Shown here piece after piece: positions 42,062 to 64,000 of a stretch of DNA of 64,000 bases. This DNA is from Blastocystis sp. Blastoise. Its lineage: Eukaryota; Protista; Bigyra: Opalinata. Each line of letters begins with the position of its first letter. Positions within the stretch are counted from its first letter, which is position 1. Location of the stretch: positions 372,001 to 436,000 of the forward strand of contig JBBPEB010000033.1 in the NCBI GenBank assembly GCA_039096225.1, written 5' to 3'. The translations under genes and the position numbers were made by a program. The notes below the pieces were generated by a model. That model ran no database searches. It worked only from the letters and a program-made list of their open reading frames with translations, and was not told where the DNA came from.

Positions 42062-45000
42062 ATGAAGCTTTTCAAGATATTTTCTTTCTTTTTACTTGCA
42101 TATATATGTATGTTTTCATCATTTATTTTTTGTTTTTATTTTCCTTTATAAATAATAATTTATTAATTCTTTATATCTTTTTTAGGTATGGCAAGCTGCT
42201 CTATTGGTGAGTATGAAGTCATTGTTCAAAGACAATACATGAATAACCCTGGTGAAATTATCCAACTATATTCTGATGAATCTACTAATTTGAGAAGAAG
42301 TTTTGTTTTTCGTGACGTATCTTCTTCTCAGCAATATTCTACGATTAATTACAGAGTCTGTTTATATGGAAATACTAATTATAATCTTGAGTTATTATCA
42401 GAGTATTTTTTTTTTCATATTACTTAAGTATTATTATTTATATATATGTATAGAAATACTGTTTCTTGGACTGAAGAATCTTATGTTACTCTGATATATA
42501 ATAAGATTATTCTTGCTAATGGACGATTAAATACTGTGGATAATGAAAGAAAAATCATATTATTTAATTGTATATATATATTTATAATTATTTTATTCGT
42601 TAATAAAAACATATTTTTATATCTAGTATCTTCTCTTGTTTCTTCAAATACTGATTGGAAATATTCTCCTTTTGCTGATTCTGTTTCTTGGAAAGAAAAT
42701 CAATTAGGTAATTGGGGTAAAGAATATAACGATAAAAAAATAAAGAATACCGAAATAACAACTTATTTTAGAAAAGATATATTTATTAATGGATCTTTTA
42801 GTGTTCTTCAATTAGCTGTTCAAAGTCAAAGTGGATTTATTGTTTATGTCAATGGAATTCAAGTGTATACGTATTTATTACCGGAGTATGTTATTGGTTT
42901 ATTTTATTATTATTTTATATTTTATTTTATTTTATTAATAATATTTAATTTTATATTATACTATTTATTTTATATATTTTTTTGAAATATAATTTTATTA
43001 CATATAGATTTAATATCACACATACAACTCCTTCTCAATCTATTGAAGATTCACCTACTTATAAACAGTATCTATATTATTATTTTAGTTACTTTATAAT
43101 TATATATATAGAATTCTTATTCCTCAAGAAATACTTGCTTCCTCTGTTTCTCTTACTACATTAAAAATAGCTATTGAATTACATACTAATATTAATCATC
43201 CTGAACTTCTTTCTTCCTTTGATGCTCTCATTTATTTTACAAATTCTATAGGTATATTTATTCAATATATATGATTATATTATTTTATATATAGATTATT
43301 TGGATATTTTATCTCCTCTTTCTATTGGTTGTTCTACATCTCATCCTCTTTCGTCAACTGCCTGTAATTCACTTCTTCATTATAACAATACCATACCTAT
43401 TCCTATTCAAGAGAATCATGCCTCATTCTATATCTCTTCTGTCTCTCCTCTTTATATAAATGGATATAAAATGAAATTTAAGAATAATAATATTCCTAAA
43501 GAATGCAAGATCTATGGTTCTAATAATAAGAATACTGAATGGATATTAATTGATTCTATAGATCATAGTAGTAATACTACTTTATATAAAGCCTCATCTC
43601 CTTTCCAATACTATAAATATTATAGATTGGATCTTTCTTCCTATTCTTCCTTTGATATATATTCTATACAATTTATTTATCTTTCTTCTTCTTCTAAAAT
43701 TAATAAACCAAGAAGACTTGAAGACCCAACTGTTACTATTAATGTAAATATGAATGAATATTTACCTCCAACTGATTTATGTACATCACTTCAAATTAAT
43801 CCTCCGTTTACTATTGTAGAGATATCTCCAAGTTTACCTGATGGATTAACAATTAATGAAGATTGCTATATATATGGTACTCCTGTTAAGTACAAACGAA
43901 AGGGCAACTATAAAGTCACGTTTAATACTGAAATTGATGGTGTTTCGACAAACATATTTATCACACTTAATGTCAATATGTATTGTTCTTCTCGTGAATG
44001 TGTAACAGTTCGGTTAATACGAAATACTCTTTCAAATGCTATTGAAGAAAAGGTTATTATTAGAGATGAAAATAAAAATATTATTCAAACACATATTCTA
44101 TCAAGAGCACAAACATCAACTACTGACCTTTTTTTGCATGTAGATGAACAATTATCATTTGAGTTATCTGCTAGGAATAATGAAATGTGGGATTCTGCTT
44201 CTTATATGATTGTAGGTGTTAAAAATGATATTATAGGTACATTTACTAATCTAACTATAATAAGAAATGTATTTAAACCTCATGAAATTCATTATATAAA
44301 CCTGCATGCCCCTCTTTTATTTGGATCTGAATGGAAATATAAGTTTTATTCTTTTCTCACATATCCTTCAGATTGGTATGGATTATCGATTGATACATCA
44401 AACTGGGGTACTGTCAAATATTCAAATAGTGTGCCAACCGCAACATATCTAGGATGCTTTGTATTTCGTAAAACTATTCCTACTCCAAATATAGAAGGCC
44501 AAACTGGATGGGTTTTAGGTTATAGCGTACCATATAATGCAAAAGTATATATAAATGAACATGAAATAGCAGTCTATGGTTTTCAAAATAACCTCCAAAA
44601 CACAGGGCGTTTGGATCATTCATGGAAACAATCATCAGGTCCTATTTCTCTATTTGATAATCAAGATACAATTACTATCTCTGTATTGATATATCAGATA
44701 TTGCCACAATATATAAATTTTGATGCATATCTTCTCATGCTTGTTGATTATACTTTACCTATATATGTGGATAATACTATTAGTTGCGATGACTGCAATA
44801 TTCAATTTGAAAATAACATAGTTGATCATAGGTATAGTTCTTATGGTATTATAATGTTTAATGCAAATCCATTTTCTTTAATATTAAATAATTTCAAAGG
44901 AAATGATATAATAACTAGATATCGAGTAGTATTTTTTTCACCGGACTATTTAATATGGAAAACAGATGTTGCTAATTATACAGGAGAATTTTATTTGTTT

Positions 45001-48000
45001 AGTGATATACAAGAAACTCATCTAACAAAGAATTATTATGATATTTTCTTCCCTCATAAGAATATGGGAATAAACACATTAAAATTTACTGGTGAATTCT
45101 TTAAACAAGCTCCATATTTTTGGAGAATATCAGAATTTATTTTCTTTGCAGATGAAATGACCCCTGAAACCATGCCTATGTTTTCTACATCATCTTCATT
45201 ATATACTATTTATAATAATACAAGTGTATTTATTCCTATAAAGAATTCTTATACATATAAGGACTTCAGTATATCTCCACAACTTCCTAATGGATGTTCT
45301 ATCAATCCATATGATGGTACTATATCAGGTATTCTTATAGGAAAAGAAGGAACAACACAATATACTATAACAGCTATTTCTTGGTTTGATACAACACGTA
45401 GTTATGCTTTTTCCATCCAAATTATATCGTGTAAACTTCCTAACTCTTTAGTACATATACAATATAATTATAATAATGCAAATAAGAATACACTTAATAT
45501 TACTAATTCTCTAACGAATGTTTCTCTTTTTTCTATAAATCATGAATCTAAAGAAGGATCTGAACAATATAATTTATGTTTATATATCGGTTCATATAGT
45601 ATTTCATGGTATGTATCAAATATTGTAGAAAGTCGTTCGTCTTATTTATATATAAATAATCAACTAGATCAAACATTGAATTTTAATACAACAACTACAT
45701 TTTATATAAAGCAATTATTTGATTCTTCGAGTACATCAATTCTATATTCTTATGATGCTATTACTCCTCCTAAACATTGGAATACAAACTTATTTAATGA
45801 TAATCTATGGTCTACTGCTCCTTCTTCTTCTTCTCTTCCTGATGTTCCTAGTGATAGTATTACTCAATATTATAGAATACATTATACTATAAATGAACTG
45901 ATGAATATGTTTAATAGACTAGCTATAACTGTATCAACATATGCTGGTATGATTATATATATAAATGGAATAGAAATAAGAAGAGTCAATATGGATAATG
46001 TTATTTCTTCTTTCTATAATACACCTGCTACAACTGAATATGAAGAATATATATCGTTTAGATCTGTTATTAGTTTAGCTATGCATTCTAATATATTATT
46101 TGTTGGAGATAATATTATAGGTATAGAAATACATAAAATGAATACTATTATTTCGCCATCTGATGGATTCTTTGTTTCTTTGAGTTATTTAAATGATAAA
46201 GATCAAACTCCATTTACAGATGAATATTCTTCAAATCATAATGTACATTCTGAAAATCCTTTGTCATTACTTTCTGATAATAATGCACTTACATATACTC
46301 TTTTATATGGTCCTTGTGTTGGTACTTTATTAACTTATACATTAGATGAGAATGAGAAGAACTATATAAATCATGTTGAAATGATTATTGAAGCTAATAA
46401 TATGCTTTTTTATACTCCTTCTGCTTTTATAGTAGAAGGATATAATGATACTGACAATACATGGATATCTATTCAAACAATAAAAAGTGATCTATCGAAT
46501 TCGAATACTATAGCATTAGAATTAATTAGCAAATATAGTTATACATCTTATCGTATTCGAATAACTGAATGTACTATTGACAATATGAGTTCTAATAGTG
46601 AACTTGACGTTGTTACAATAATATATGAATTGACATTTAGTTATAAATCAATTGATTCTAAATGTCATGAAGAAGGTTGGTCTTATGCATATACAAATGA
46701 TTACTCTTATAAATTATGTCCAAAAGGATATACTAGTGATACTAAACGATTATGTAAGGATACTATATTACAAGAGATACAAGGTGATAATATATGTAAG
46801 AAGATATATCCTACAACATTATTTGTTAATAATAATAATATATTAATGAAAAGAGGTCATGAGTATGAACAATATTATTCTATAGATAGTATAAACACTG
46901 AAGTTATTATAACTCCATCGCTTCCTGAAGGTATTGAATTAGATACTGAATCCCAAAGAATTTATGGTACTCCTACTAGTGTATCTCCTACTACCAAATA
47001 TAGATTCTCCTATATAAATGATAATAATGATGATATTGAACTATTATTTGATATATCTATAGTTGTAAAAGAACCTTTTTGTGTTAGCGAGAATAGTTGG
47101 GAATCTACTGATCCATTAACAACAATAACTAAGAATTGTCCTCAAGGATATGAAGGTGAAATAACAAGATATTGTAATGAAACTATTGATTGGGAAGAAG
47201 AAAATATGGACAATTGTCAATTTATAGGTAATAAACCATGTCTTGGTACAACTTATTATGATAATAATGAATGTATAGAATGTGTTAATGGAATAGTATC
47301 TCCATTAGATGGTAATAATTATCTATGTACATATTGTGAGGATCATTATTTTTCTTATGATAATCAATGTCTTCCTGAAAGTGCTACTTGTGATCAAAGA
47401 ATAATGGTTACTTATATATATCCTGAAACTCGAATTATGAAGAATGCTGCTGTCAATTGTACTAATGAAAATCAATATGGTTATTATCAAGTATTTTGTG
47501 ATTATATTGACACAATACCTACATGGTCTGATACTATAAATACAGATTTTTGTTGTATATATATATATTTGATTTAATTATTGATTGTTTTCTAATAATA
47601 ATTATATTTATGTATACTATTATATTGCTCATTATTATTTGTAATTCTACTCTTAGTTTTAAATATTTTAATATTATTGTTATTTATATTTTAATTCTAT
47701 AATAATAATAAATAATTTCTATAGATCCACGACCTATTTCTGTTCCAGGAAAAGCATTAGAGGTTTTAGAGTATTCTTTTGAAATGAAATCTTCTATTGA
47801 GGATATTTATTCCTTATTAATTACTGTAGCTAGAACATTTATTTATACATATCGATATCAATTAACAGACTTACTTCTTACTACAAATTATACAAGTGAT
47901 ACTAATGTATATTATTTATTTTATTTTATTATTTATTATTTATTTTATTATTTATTTTATTATTTATTTTATTATTTATTTTATTATTTATTATATTATT

Positions 48001-48680
48001 TATTATTACTATAGTCAGCTGATTCCCTTGTTCTTCATGTATATTATGGTTCAAATATATATTTTTATTCTTCATCTTCATCTTCTTCTTATCATTATCA
48101 TTCATTTATAAATACTATTATAAGCTCACCTAATTCTCAATTTAAGAATTCTTCGCTTATTCATACAAATCTAGATCCACAAGAAATGATTGGATATTGT
48201 CAACATCCTATTGATAGTAGTATTAAAATATTATTAAATCAATTTTACACTTCATATACAATTACAGATAATATTTATCGTTATGAAACTTATTTCTGTA
48301 AACAAAATCAATTAGAATATACAGCTATTCCTGCTTATTTCTCTACTGTAAATACTCAAAATAAATATATTCTTCAAATACAGTTTACAAATGTTTATGG
48401 ATCTTGGATTTATCCTGAAGAATATATTTCTATATATCGTTCACTATTATTATCTTTTCACACTGTTCTTCAAGAATTAAAAATGATTTATATAGAATCT
48501 AATTTATCTTCTATTAATTCTCTTGATTTTGGATATTTGTTTAATATACCTGAAAATATTCAAATAGGCAAGGAAAGTCTTTCTACTATTTTGGATGAAT
48601 TATTATTAATACATAAAGTCTCTAATAGCATACATTTTAAGTATGAAAGTATTGCTATCGAAGTGAAACAATTCTATTAA
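42062..48680 (+). CDS. Giant secreted/surface protein, divergent paralog of 14539-21095
   Basis: Signal-like MKLFKIFSFFLLAYI. Shares modules WKYS..W, TTYFRK, YVNG.QV, IAIELH, ISPSLPDGL, YAGMIIYINGIEIRRVNM, NIIGIEIHK, GPCVG and CPQGYEGEITRYC. Large exon ~43294-47554. No obvious C-terminal TM. Confidence 0.8.
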
Positions 48681-49567
48681 ATCTTATATTAATATTTTAA
48701 TTATTATTATAATTTTAACATCATTTATATATATTTTTTTATTTATAGCTTTTAATTATGTATATATAATCTTATTTTATTATTTATTCATTTTATCTCT
48801 ATTATTTATTCATTTTATCTATTATTTATCTTTTAAAATCATTTTTTTAATCATAGTATTCATAGTAATGTAATTTTGATTTCACTTATATTTTTATAGT
48901 ATATATATGCTTTTCTTTTACATAATAAAATTCATTTTTTTTTTAAAATTTTAATTGTTTTTCCTTTAATTATATATATTTATTATTTGTGATATTTTTA
49001 ATGTAATTTTTTTTTTGATGATATTATCTATTATCTATTATTTTGCGTAATTATATATATATATGTATTACTCTTTATATTATTTATTGCATTATAAAAA
49101 TTTCTATTATTATTATTATTACTTATCTTATTATTATGTTATCATATATATAGAATACACTTTATTAATATATAATACGAATGTTCATCATCTTTTTATT
49201 TAAATTTTTTTTATTGATATATCTTTGCTGTTCTTTTTTAAGATATATCCTCTCTTAACCATCAAAAATTATCTTATTTCCAAATTCTTATTATTCATAA
49301 TTCTTATCAATATCATATCTACAAATTCACATTCTTATTTATATATTTTTCTAGTTTTTATTAAGTATTAGAATTATGATCTTTAATGTGTTTTGTGTTC
49401 TATAGAAAGACATATAAATTTGAGAAAATTAATAATCATATCTTTCTATGTTTAAGTAATATATATAAAATAGTTGAAAAAAGTTCTTTTTAATAAATTT
49501 ATTGATCAAAGAATATAAAAGAAATAATGATATCAAAAACCAAAAACTACTTTATAGAATAGAACAT

Positions 49568-51587
49568 TTATTGTTCTTTTTCGTAGATAGAGAGAAGGGA
49601 AAGTATCTTTGATTTATATATCTGTGATTCCTTCATAAATAACTCAAAGAATTTTAATTCCTAGAAGATCATATATAATTGAATGCATATAACAAATAAC
49701 ATACAATAGCATTATTTGTTTTCGATAAATTGTTATTTGAAAGTAATTGCTTTTGTGTTTCTACTGTATATTGTTCAAGTATGGATAATACTTGAAGAAA
49801 ATGCATAGTTTTATTATATCTAAATATATTAGAAATAAATTAAATGAATTATAGTTTTAAATGTGATAAATATAATAAATATAATAATATATAATATTAT
49901 ATAATAAATACTCTTTTTCAGTTTGAATAGGTTTCATAGAAGCATGAAATAATGAGTTATATTCATAATATAATGGAAATATATCATGATCAATAAGTAA
50001 GGAGTCTACGAAGCGTGTTTGTATATACTCTATCATAGTATCTAATGTATTAGGTAATGAACTTATTGCAGATAGAGAAGTAGTTGTAGTTGATGATGAT
50101 GATATCAAGGAAGTATTCTCTGTATATAGTATATATTATTGTTTTTATTATTATATATACGATTAGATTCCATAGGTTTTTCTGGTGAATTATTATTATT
50201 ATTATTATTATTGTCATTATTTATTTTCATTTCTTTTCGAGATCGTTTAATAGTCTTGGAATCTGATAATTGACGCTTAATTCCTTTTGTATCTTAAATA
50301 TATATATATATATAAATTATAAATTATAAATACATACTCTGTGATGATAATACCTTTGACTATATAATTAATCAATATACAATATAAAATAATAATTATA
50401 TATATACAAATAATAATTCTTTATCTAAATTTTCTTTCGTTTCATTTGTTAATATATCTCTTAAAGCCGTTGAATGTTGTTTTATTATTGAGGGATGTAT
50501 ATGAATTTCTCCTATATATAGTAATATTATAAATATATAATATAAAATAAAATATTAATTACAATAGATACCCTTATAAATAAAGCATATATCTTTGAGT
50601 AAATACATAATTTTAGTTTTAAATAAAAATTCTGTAAATATATCTTTATATGAAGGGAATAAATCTTGTATACATTGATCAAGAGATAATATAGAAGAAG
50701 ATATATGTAATAATAACCAATGTAATATATCCATATATAATTTTGAATTAATAGTCTATAACATAATAATATATATATATGATTCATCTTAAATATAAAA
50801 AATAAATGAAATATATTTATGTATAAAAATAATATATATTTTTTATATACATTTAATTCTTCAATTGATTCTTTGATATCTATTTTTTTATTTGAAGAAG
50901 TTTCTATTGTTATATCCATAGAATCATGCTTTGATATTGATGGCTCTATAATATATAATATAATAATATTTAATTATATTAAAACAAATTTTATAAATCA
51001 TATTTATATACCTATATCTATAATTGAATTATGTCTACTATTAATATGTTTCTCTTCCTGTTTTTGTAAGGTTTTCAACACGATTTTAGATCTTCTTGGA
51101 TTCACTAATATTTGATAATCAACTATACCTATCTATATATATATATATTATAAAATAAAAAAAAAATTACATTAGCATAAAATAATTCATCTTCATCATC
51201 ATAAAAAGGAGATATAATCTCTGTTCGAGTCAAAGGCTTCGAAATTGTAAATGGAACTGTTTTATTGTCAAATGTTAACAACTACAATTTAATAAAACTC
51301 ATAATAATGATCTCCATTAATCATCATATTAAAATTCATAGTATTACATAATAAAAATAATAGATATCATACATTATTTTTCGCTTCTTTATCATCAAAT
51401 TGAATAAATGCTACTGGAGATGGATCCTCTTTGTGCTTTATTAAATAATCTATATATTCTTCATCCAATCGTATATTCAATGATAGAGTCTCTTCAGATG
51501 GTAACGACCCAATCAACACATTCTATATTATAAAACGATCTTTTCAATACTCTACGATTCACATACTTCCAGTAAAGTATCCTCCAT
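49568..51587 (-). CDS. Hypothetical protein, multi-exon
   Basis: MEDTLLE|NVLIGSLPSEETLSLNIRLDEEY..., a chain of GT..AG exons, last exon ELKFFELFMKESQIYKSKILSLLSIYEKEQ*. No family recognised. Confidence 0.55.
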
Positions 51588-52066
51588 AGTATTTAAATAA
51601 AGTCAGTTGTTTATAAAGAAAAAAAGAAAATTTCAAAATTTTTAAAGTTCATTTTTCTTTTTTTTCTGTTATATGCTTCTAGAAAATTTATATTATTTCA
51701 TATTTGGAATTATGAAGAATATCGAAAACGTTCATGTAAAGGAGAAAACTATAAGATGATTAAAACTCACATTTAGTTGAAATTATGTTTCTCACACTGT
51801 TAATATTTGAGAAGAATATATTTATCATAGAATAGATACAATAACAATATATATAAAATATTTTTTATTGTAATAGTGTGTGGTTTTAAAATGTTGTAAA
51901 CAATGATTCCCATTTTGTGGATATAAAGAGATAATTGTTGATAGACAAAATCTAGATGATGAATATATATAAATGATTTCCTTTTCCACATATAATAAAT
52001 AGTATATAAAGTATAATGAAGAAATATATAAAAGTAATGATAAAAAATATATGAAATAGAAGATAG

Positions 52067-54727
<2,661 letters not shown>

Positions 54728-55008
54728 GAATTAACTTTTTACTAAGATCTAGAATATTTAAATTATTTAGTAAACAATAGTAAATTACTCTATAATAATA
54801 TTAATGCTAATAAAGAACAATCAATCCATTTAAATTTCAGTCTGTGAAATAAGTATTCAGCTTATATCTGAATCAATCTCATTTTAGAATTCAGCGTTTA
54901 AAAATGAAATTCTAATTTTTGAGTCGAGTTTGGCTTATGTTTCAGGAGGGAATAAAGAATAAATAAAAATACATTTTAGTCAAAGAAAAATAGATTTATA
55001 TAAGAAGG

Positions 55009-55829
55009 ATGCAGTTAGATCATATTATATCTAATGATGAATACTTGATGAATGAGTATTTGACTGATATTCATATAATCAGCCATTCAAAATCATTATG
55101 TGTAATGAATAACGAGCCTTCAACAAAATATGAAGTATACAGATATGTTTAGATTATAGATTTTATAATTATTTTATGAATAGATTAGTGCTCAATTTGA
55201 TTTCTTACCATTTTCAATTGATTTTGTTGTTATTGAAAGTGATAAGGAACATCCATATATAGATTCTATGAATATAGATGTTAAAAGTGCTTGGAAACAT
55301 GAATTGAGTCCGTTAGTAACAATGGTATACATTTTTATCTTTTTTTAAAACTTTTATTTTAAAAATTAAATTATATATTAGCTTTTATCTGAATGTTTAT
55401 TTAAATACATTGAATCTAAGTAATAATATATAGAGTATTCAAAACAAAAGTCCAATATTATGGATGAATGGATTACGATCTTTTTTGAAAGAAGTAAAGT
55501 ATAGGCAAGATATATGGAGATGGATGAAAGAAACCTGGGATGAATATGTTTATATTCCTTTTGATGAATACTCATCTTATGTGGTAATAGATTTTGATTC
55601 AGAACATAATAATCAAAATAAATTAAAATTCACGTTATTATGGTCAATTGAATGGTCATTTGATGGTAATATACAACCTATTCTACGACCAGGATTCAAT
55701 ATACAAACAGAGGATACTTCTATAAATGTCAAAGATTATATCAATCAGTTATATATACATTTTCAATCTCTTATGCAAATAAAAGGTATTAAATCAGCAA
55801 TAACAGTTCTTATGAAAACAGGATTATAA
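55009..55829 (+). CDS. CENP-P/Ctf19-like kinetochore (CCAN) protein; 5' end uncertain
   Basis: Spliced ELSPLVTM|SIQNKSPILWMNGLRSFLKEVKYRQDIWRWMKETWDEYVY...LLWSIEWSFDGNIQPIL...FQSLMQIKGIKSAITVLMK parallels the CENP-P C-terminal RWD pattern as I recall it. Confidence 0.62.
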
Positions 55830-56322
55830 AATTATTATTATTATTATACTATCTTTTGTTTATTCTTTTATATATATAATAATAAATAATAATAATAAAA
55901 AATAAATAATAATAAAAAATAGAATACAAAACAAATTTATTTTTTATTGAATAATAAAGAGAGAAAAGAGAAGAACAAAAAATCAAGAAAAAGAATTGAA
56001 ATAATAGCTAAAATGAAATCGACACATCAGAGAGTATGAAAAGTCAGAAAAGAATTAAAAAAGAAATGCAAAGAAAAACGATGATTCTAAATAAAATTGA
56101 AGATATGAAAATATGAAGAATGAATAAATCCGTATGATAATACTCGCAAGCTTCATAAGTAATTATGAAATACGTTCAAAATAAAAATAGATAGATATAT
56201 ATAATAATGAAATACACAAAAAAAAAGTTGCTTTGAATCAAAGTAAAAGGTTCTAAAGCAAGAGAACTACATGGTTGGATTCACAAAAGGAAGATGAATA
56301 TTTGAAAAAAAGACAGAAATAA

Positions 56323-56583
56323 CTAGTTAGCATATTGAACTGCACGATGCTGAATTGTTTGAAATGCTGTTTCTCTACATTCTTCTGAACAAAAGGGAAC
56401 GTCACCAAACATAAAAATATTTTCATCTAGTTGAATACACTTATTGCATAATCCACAATGAGGTAAATAATCACTCTCAGGGTTAGAATCAACACTTGAT
56501 CTACGTCTTGAACAAGCTCGTGTACGAGGACAACTATTCATATAACGAGGTTGTAAAGTATCTACAAAGCACTGACGAGTCAT
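56323..56583 (-). CDS. FCS-like zinc finger (FLZ/DUF581-type) small protein, intronless
   Basis: DYLPHCGLC-x17-FCSEECR with internal NIFMFG fits the FLZ signature C-x2-C-x17-19-FCS-x2-C. Confidence 0.75.
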   Translation of the reverse strand: MTRQCFVDTLQPRYMNSCPRTRACSRRRSSVDSNPESDYLPHCGLCNKCIQLDENIFMFGDVPFCSEECRETAFQTIQHRAVQYAN

Positions 56584-58177
56584 TTTGAAGTGTATAAACT
56601 TAGAGACAAAAAGAAATATCTACCAAAAAGTAGTTGGAAAAAAACCTAAAAAGCTCTTTTAGAAAACCCCACAATAATTCTTAGTGAGTTTATTTCTATT
56701 GAATATTCAAAAAGTAGTCCTTTTGTCTCCATATATCTATTTGATTCGCTAGTTTGATTCAAATCACCGTCTTTATTGGCTATTTGATTTCCTTGAAAAT
56801 CCGAATAACATTAGTCATAATTTCATTTTATTTGTGTTAAACAGAAAATAATCAACCTTTCTAGCCTGTCCTACCCTTATTCACCAATAACGTGTCACTT
56901 TTATCTTCTCCACATAATTGGTTGAACCATTTTATTCTATCAAAGAACCATTCAGTTTTCAGAATTTCTCCTTGAACCAATTATTCGATGTTGATCTTTT
57001 CTTCGTCAAAGCACTGTCTTTATTTCGTTTCGTTTTCATCTATCAAAAGAATTAAAAGAATTGCGTTTTATTTTCTTTATTGGCGTTCTCATTTATGTAC
57101 ATTTTGGTTGATGACATAGGAATCCATAGACAATTGAATATTAAGGATAAATTACAAAATTCGTTGTGAATGACTTCTTCATTTGCATTCTATATTGCTT
57201 AAAATTGTATATATAAGTATGAAAGATCTGCAGATTTTATCATTTTGGGATCAAAATTGGCTTTATTTCTTGTTATTTGTCATCTTTTTTTTTATTGAGT
57301 CTCTAAATGTTTTAATTCATGTAGTGAGAATAATGTTCATGGCCAGAGTTTATTCTATGATTTAAAAAGCTAATAAATTAGGATAAAATTTTCTTTTACA
57401 ATGAGTTTTCTTAAACAAACAGGATAAATCTACTTATGTAGTGAAGACGAATTGATCAATAATAAAGGGATTAAATAAATCAAATATTGTAACAAAATAT
57501 CAAAAATGACGTGTTTATAGAGCTATTTTTATACTTTAAATTAGTCTATAGTTATAGCAACATGACCTTATATTAGTGAAATCATTAACACGAAGCTATT
57601 CACAGAACATGGAAAACTGAACCCATTCTTTTTATTCTCCAAAGCTTCTTTTATTAGCTTCTATGATGTTCAGAATATTATGAAATGCATATAAGACTCT
57701 TTTAAAAAGACTCACATGATGAAAAACTCAAATGCTTTGCGTGATTCTCTGAATGATCTAGATCAGTTTGTACCCCTTATTAATGTGAAAAAGGCCATTA
57801 AATTGGGAATACAACTAAAATGTTCTCTGTAAACGGTGCTTATGTGTATATATATTGATCTACAGATGCACTAAAGCAAAAGAAACACTAATTTTTATTA
57901 AATCTATAAAAGGTATTCTCTGTATACGTTATATTCATAAGAATAATTCGTTTGAATTCAATAAAGAGCACATGAATAGATTTACGATTCGTATAGAATG
58001 AATAGAAAAGAGGAAAGAATAATAACGGTTTTTATTGTTACATACCGTATAATTTGGAAATACTCATTTTTTATTCTGTACTGAACAAGTCAGCAATGCG
58101 GTTTTTTAAAAAATGAACTTTTTCTTTGTTTCATATTTTTATTTACTTTATAAATACATTTTTATTTGGTATTTAAT

Positions 58178-59196
<1,019 letters not shown>

Positions 59197-59605
59197 ATTC
59201 TATATTGCTTCTCTCTATAGAATGTTTTATTTTCATATTGTTATGTAGTTTTTTTTGTCTAATCAATGTCATGTTTAGCATAGTTTCTTCTGTGTTGTCA
59301 TTTGTTTTGTATATACTCTACTTTTAATTCTTTCTTCATGACATACTATTGATATATATTTTATTAATTCATTTAAAACATACAGTTCTATTTTAAAAAA
59401 ACGTATTACAAATAAAAATAATCATAAACACTTTTTATCTCAATTATATTCGTTTTTCCTCTAATAAAATGAATAAAAACGTGTTATTATAAAATTCAAT
59501 TCCCTTTATCATTTTATTCTTATACACTCTTATTTTAATAAAACAATAAATTATTTTTATCTCTTTTAGCTGCTATAGTTAAACGTGTACTGTTTAGCAT
59601 CAAGA

Positions 59606-64000
<4,395 letters not shown>

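Noticed and set aside
57716-57752. ATGATGA...CTGA resembling C/D snoRNA boxes
   Set aside because: Too short, no terminal stem or recognisable rRNA guide; expected by chance in AT-rich DNA.

Overview
AT-rich, intron-rich eukaryotic nuclear DNA, not prokaryotic. Most short ORFs in the track are artefacts of (TA)n, (TAT)n and (ATTT)n intronic microsatellites. Splicing by hand at GT..AG gives about 24 protein genes: NOC3, a PP6/Sit4 catalytic subunit, RPB4, eIF5A, a mitochondrial-type BCAT, Mago nashi, an F-box protein, NagA/AMDHD2, DPH3, an ISY1-like protein, RPB6, TTI1, an S6K-like AGC kinase, a CENP-P-like protein, an FLZ zinc finger, LITAF, several hypotheticals, and three paralogous giant Ig-like/galactose-binding/Cys-rich secreted or surface proteins. 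The gene content suggests a Blastocystis-like gut stramenopile (inference). Main findings: (1) a ten-intron gene (9071-11964) whose spliced product carries the ordered motifs of the cyanobacterial plasmid/phage TOPRIM primase-like module (DUF3854/CyRepA1-type), a candidate domesticated horizontal acquisition; (2) a clear U12-type AT-AC intron in BCAT; (3) a 2.8-kb ORF-less segment bounded by perfect 44-bp inverted repeats directly upstream of BCAT; (4) a recurrent TAACCGCGG motif, mostly inside exons; (5) an FLZ-type protein, a family usually regarded as plant-specific; (6) four non-canonical splice junctions that copy the neighbouring exon, probably polishing artefacts. All family calls come from motif recognition, not database searches.
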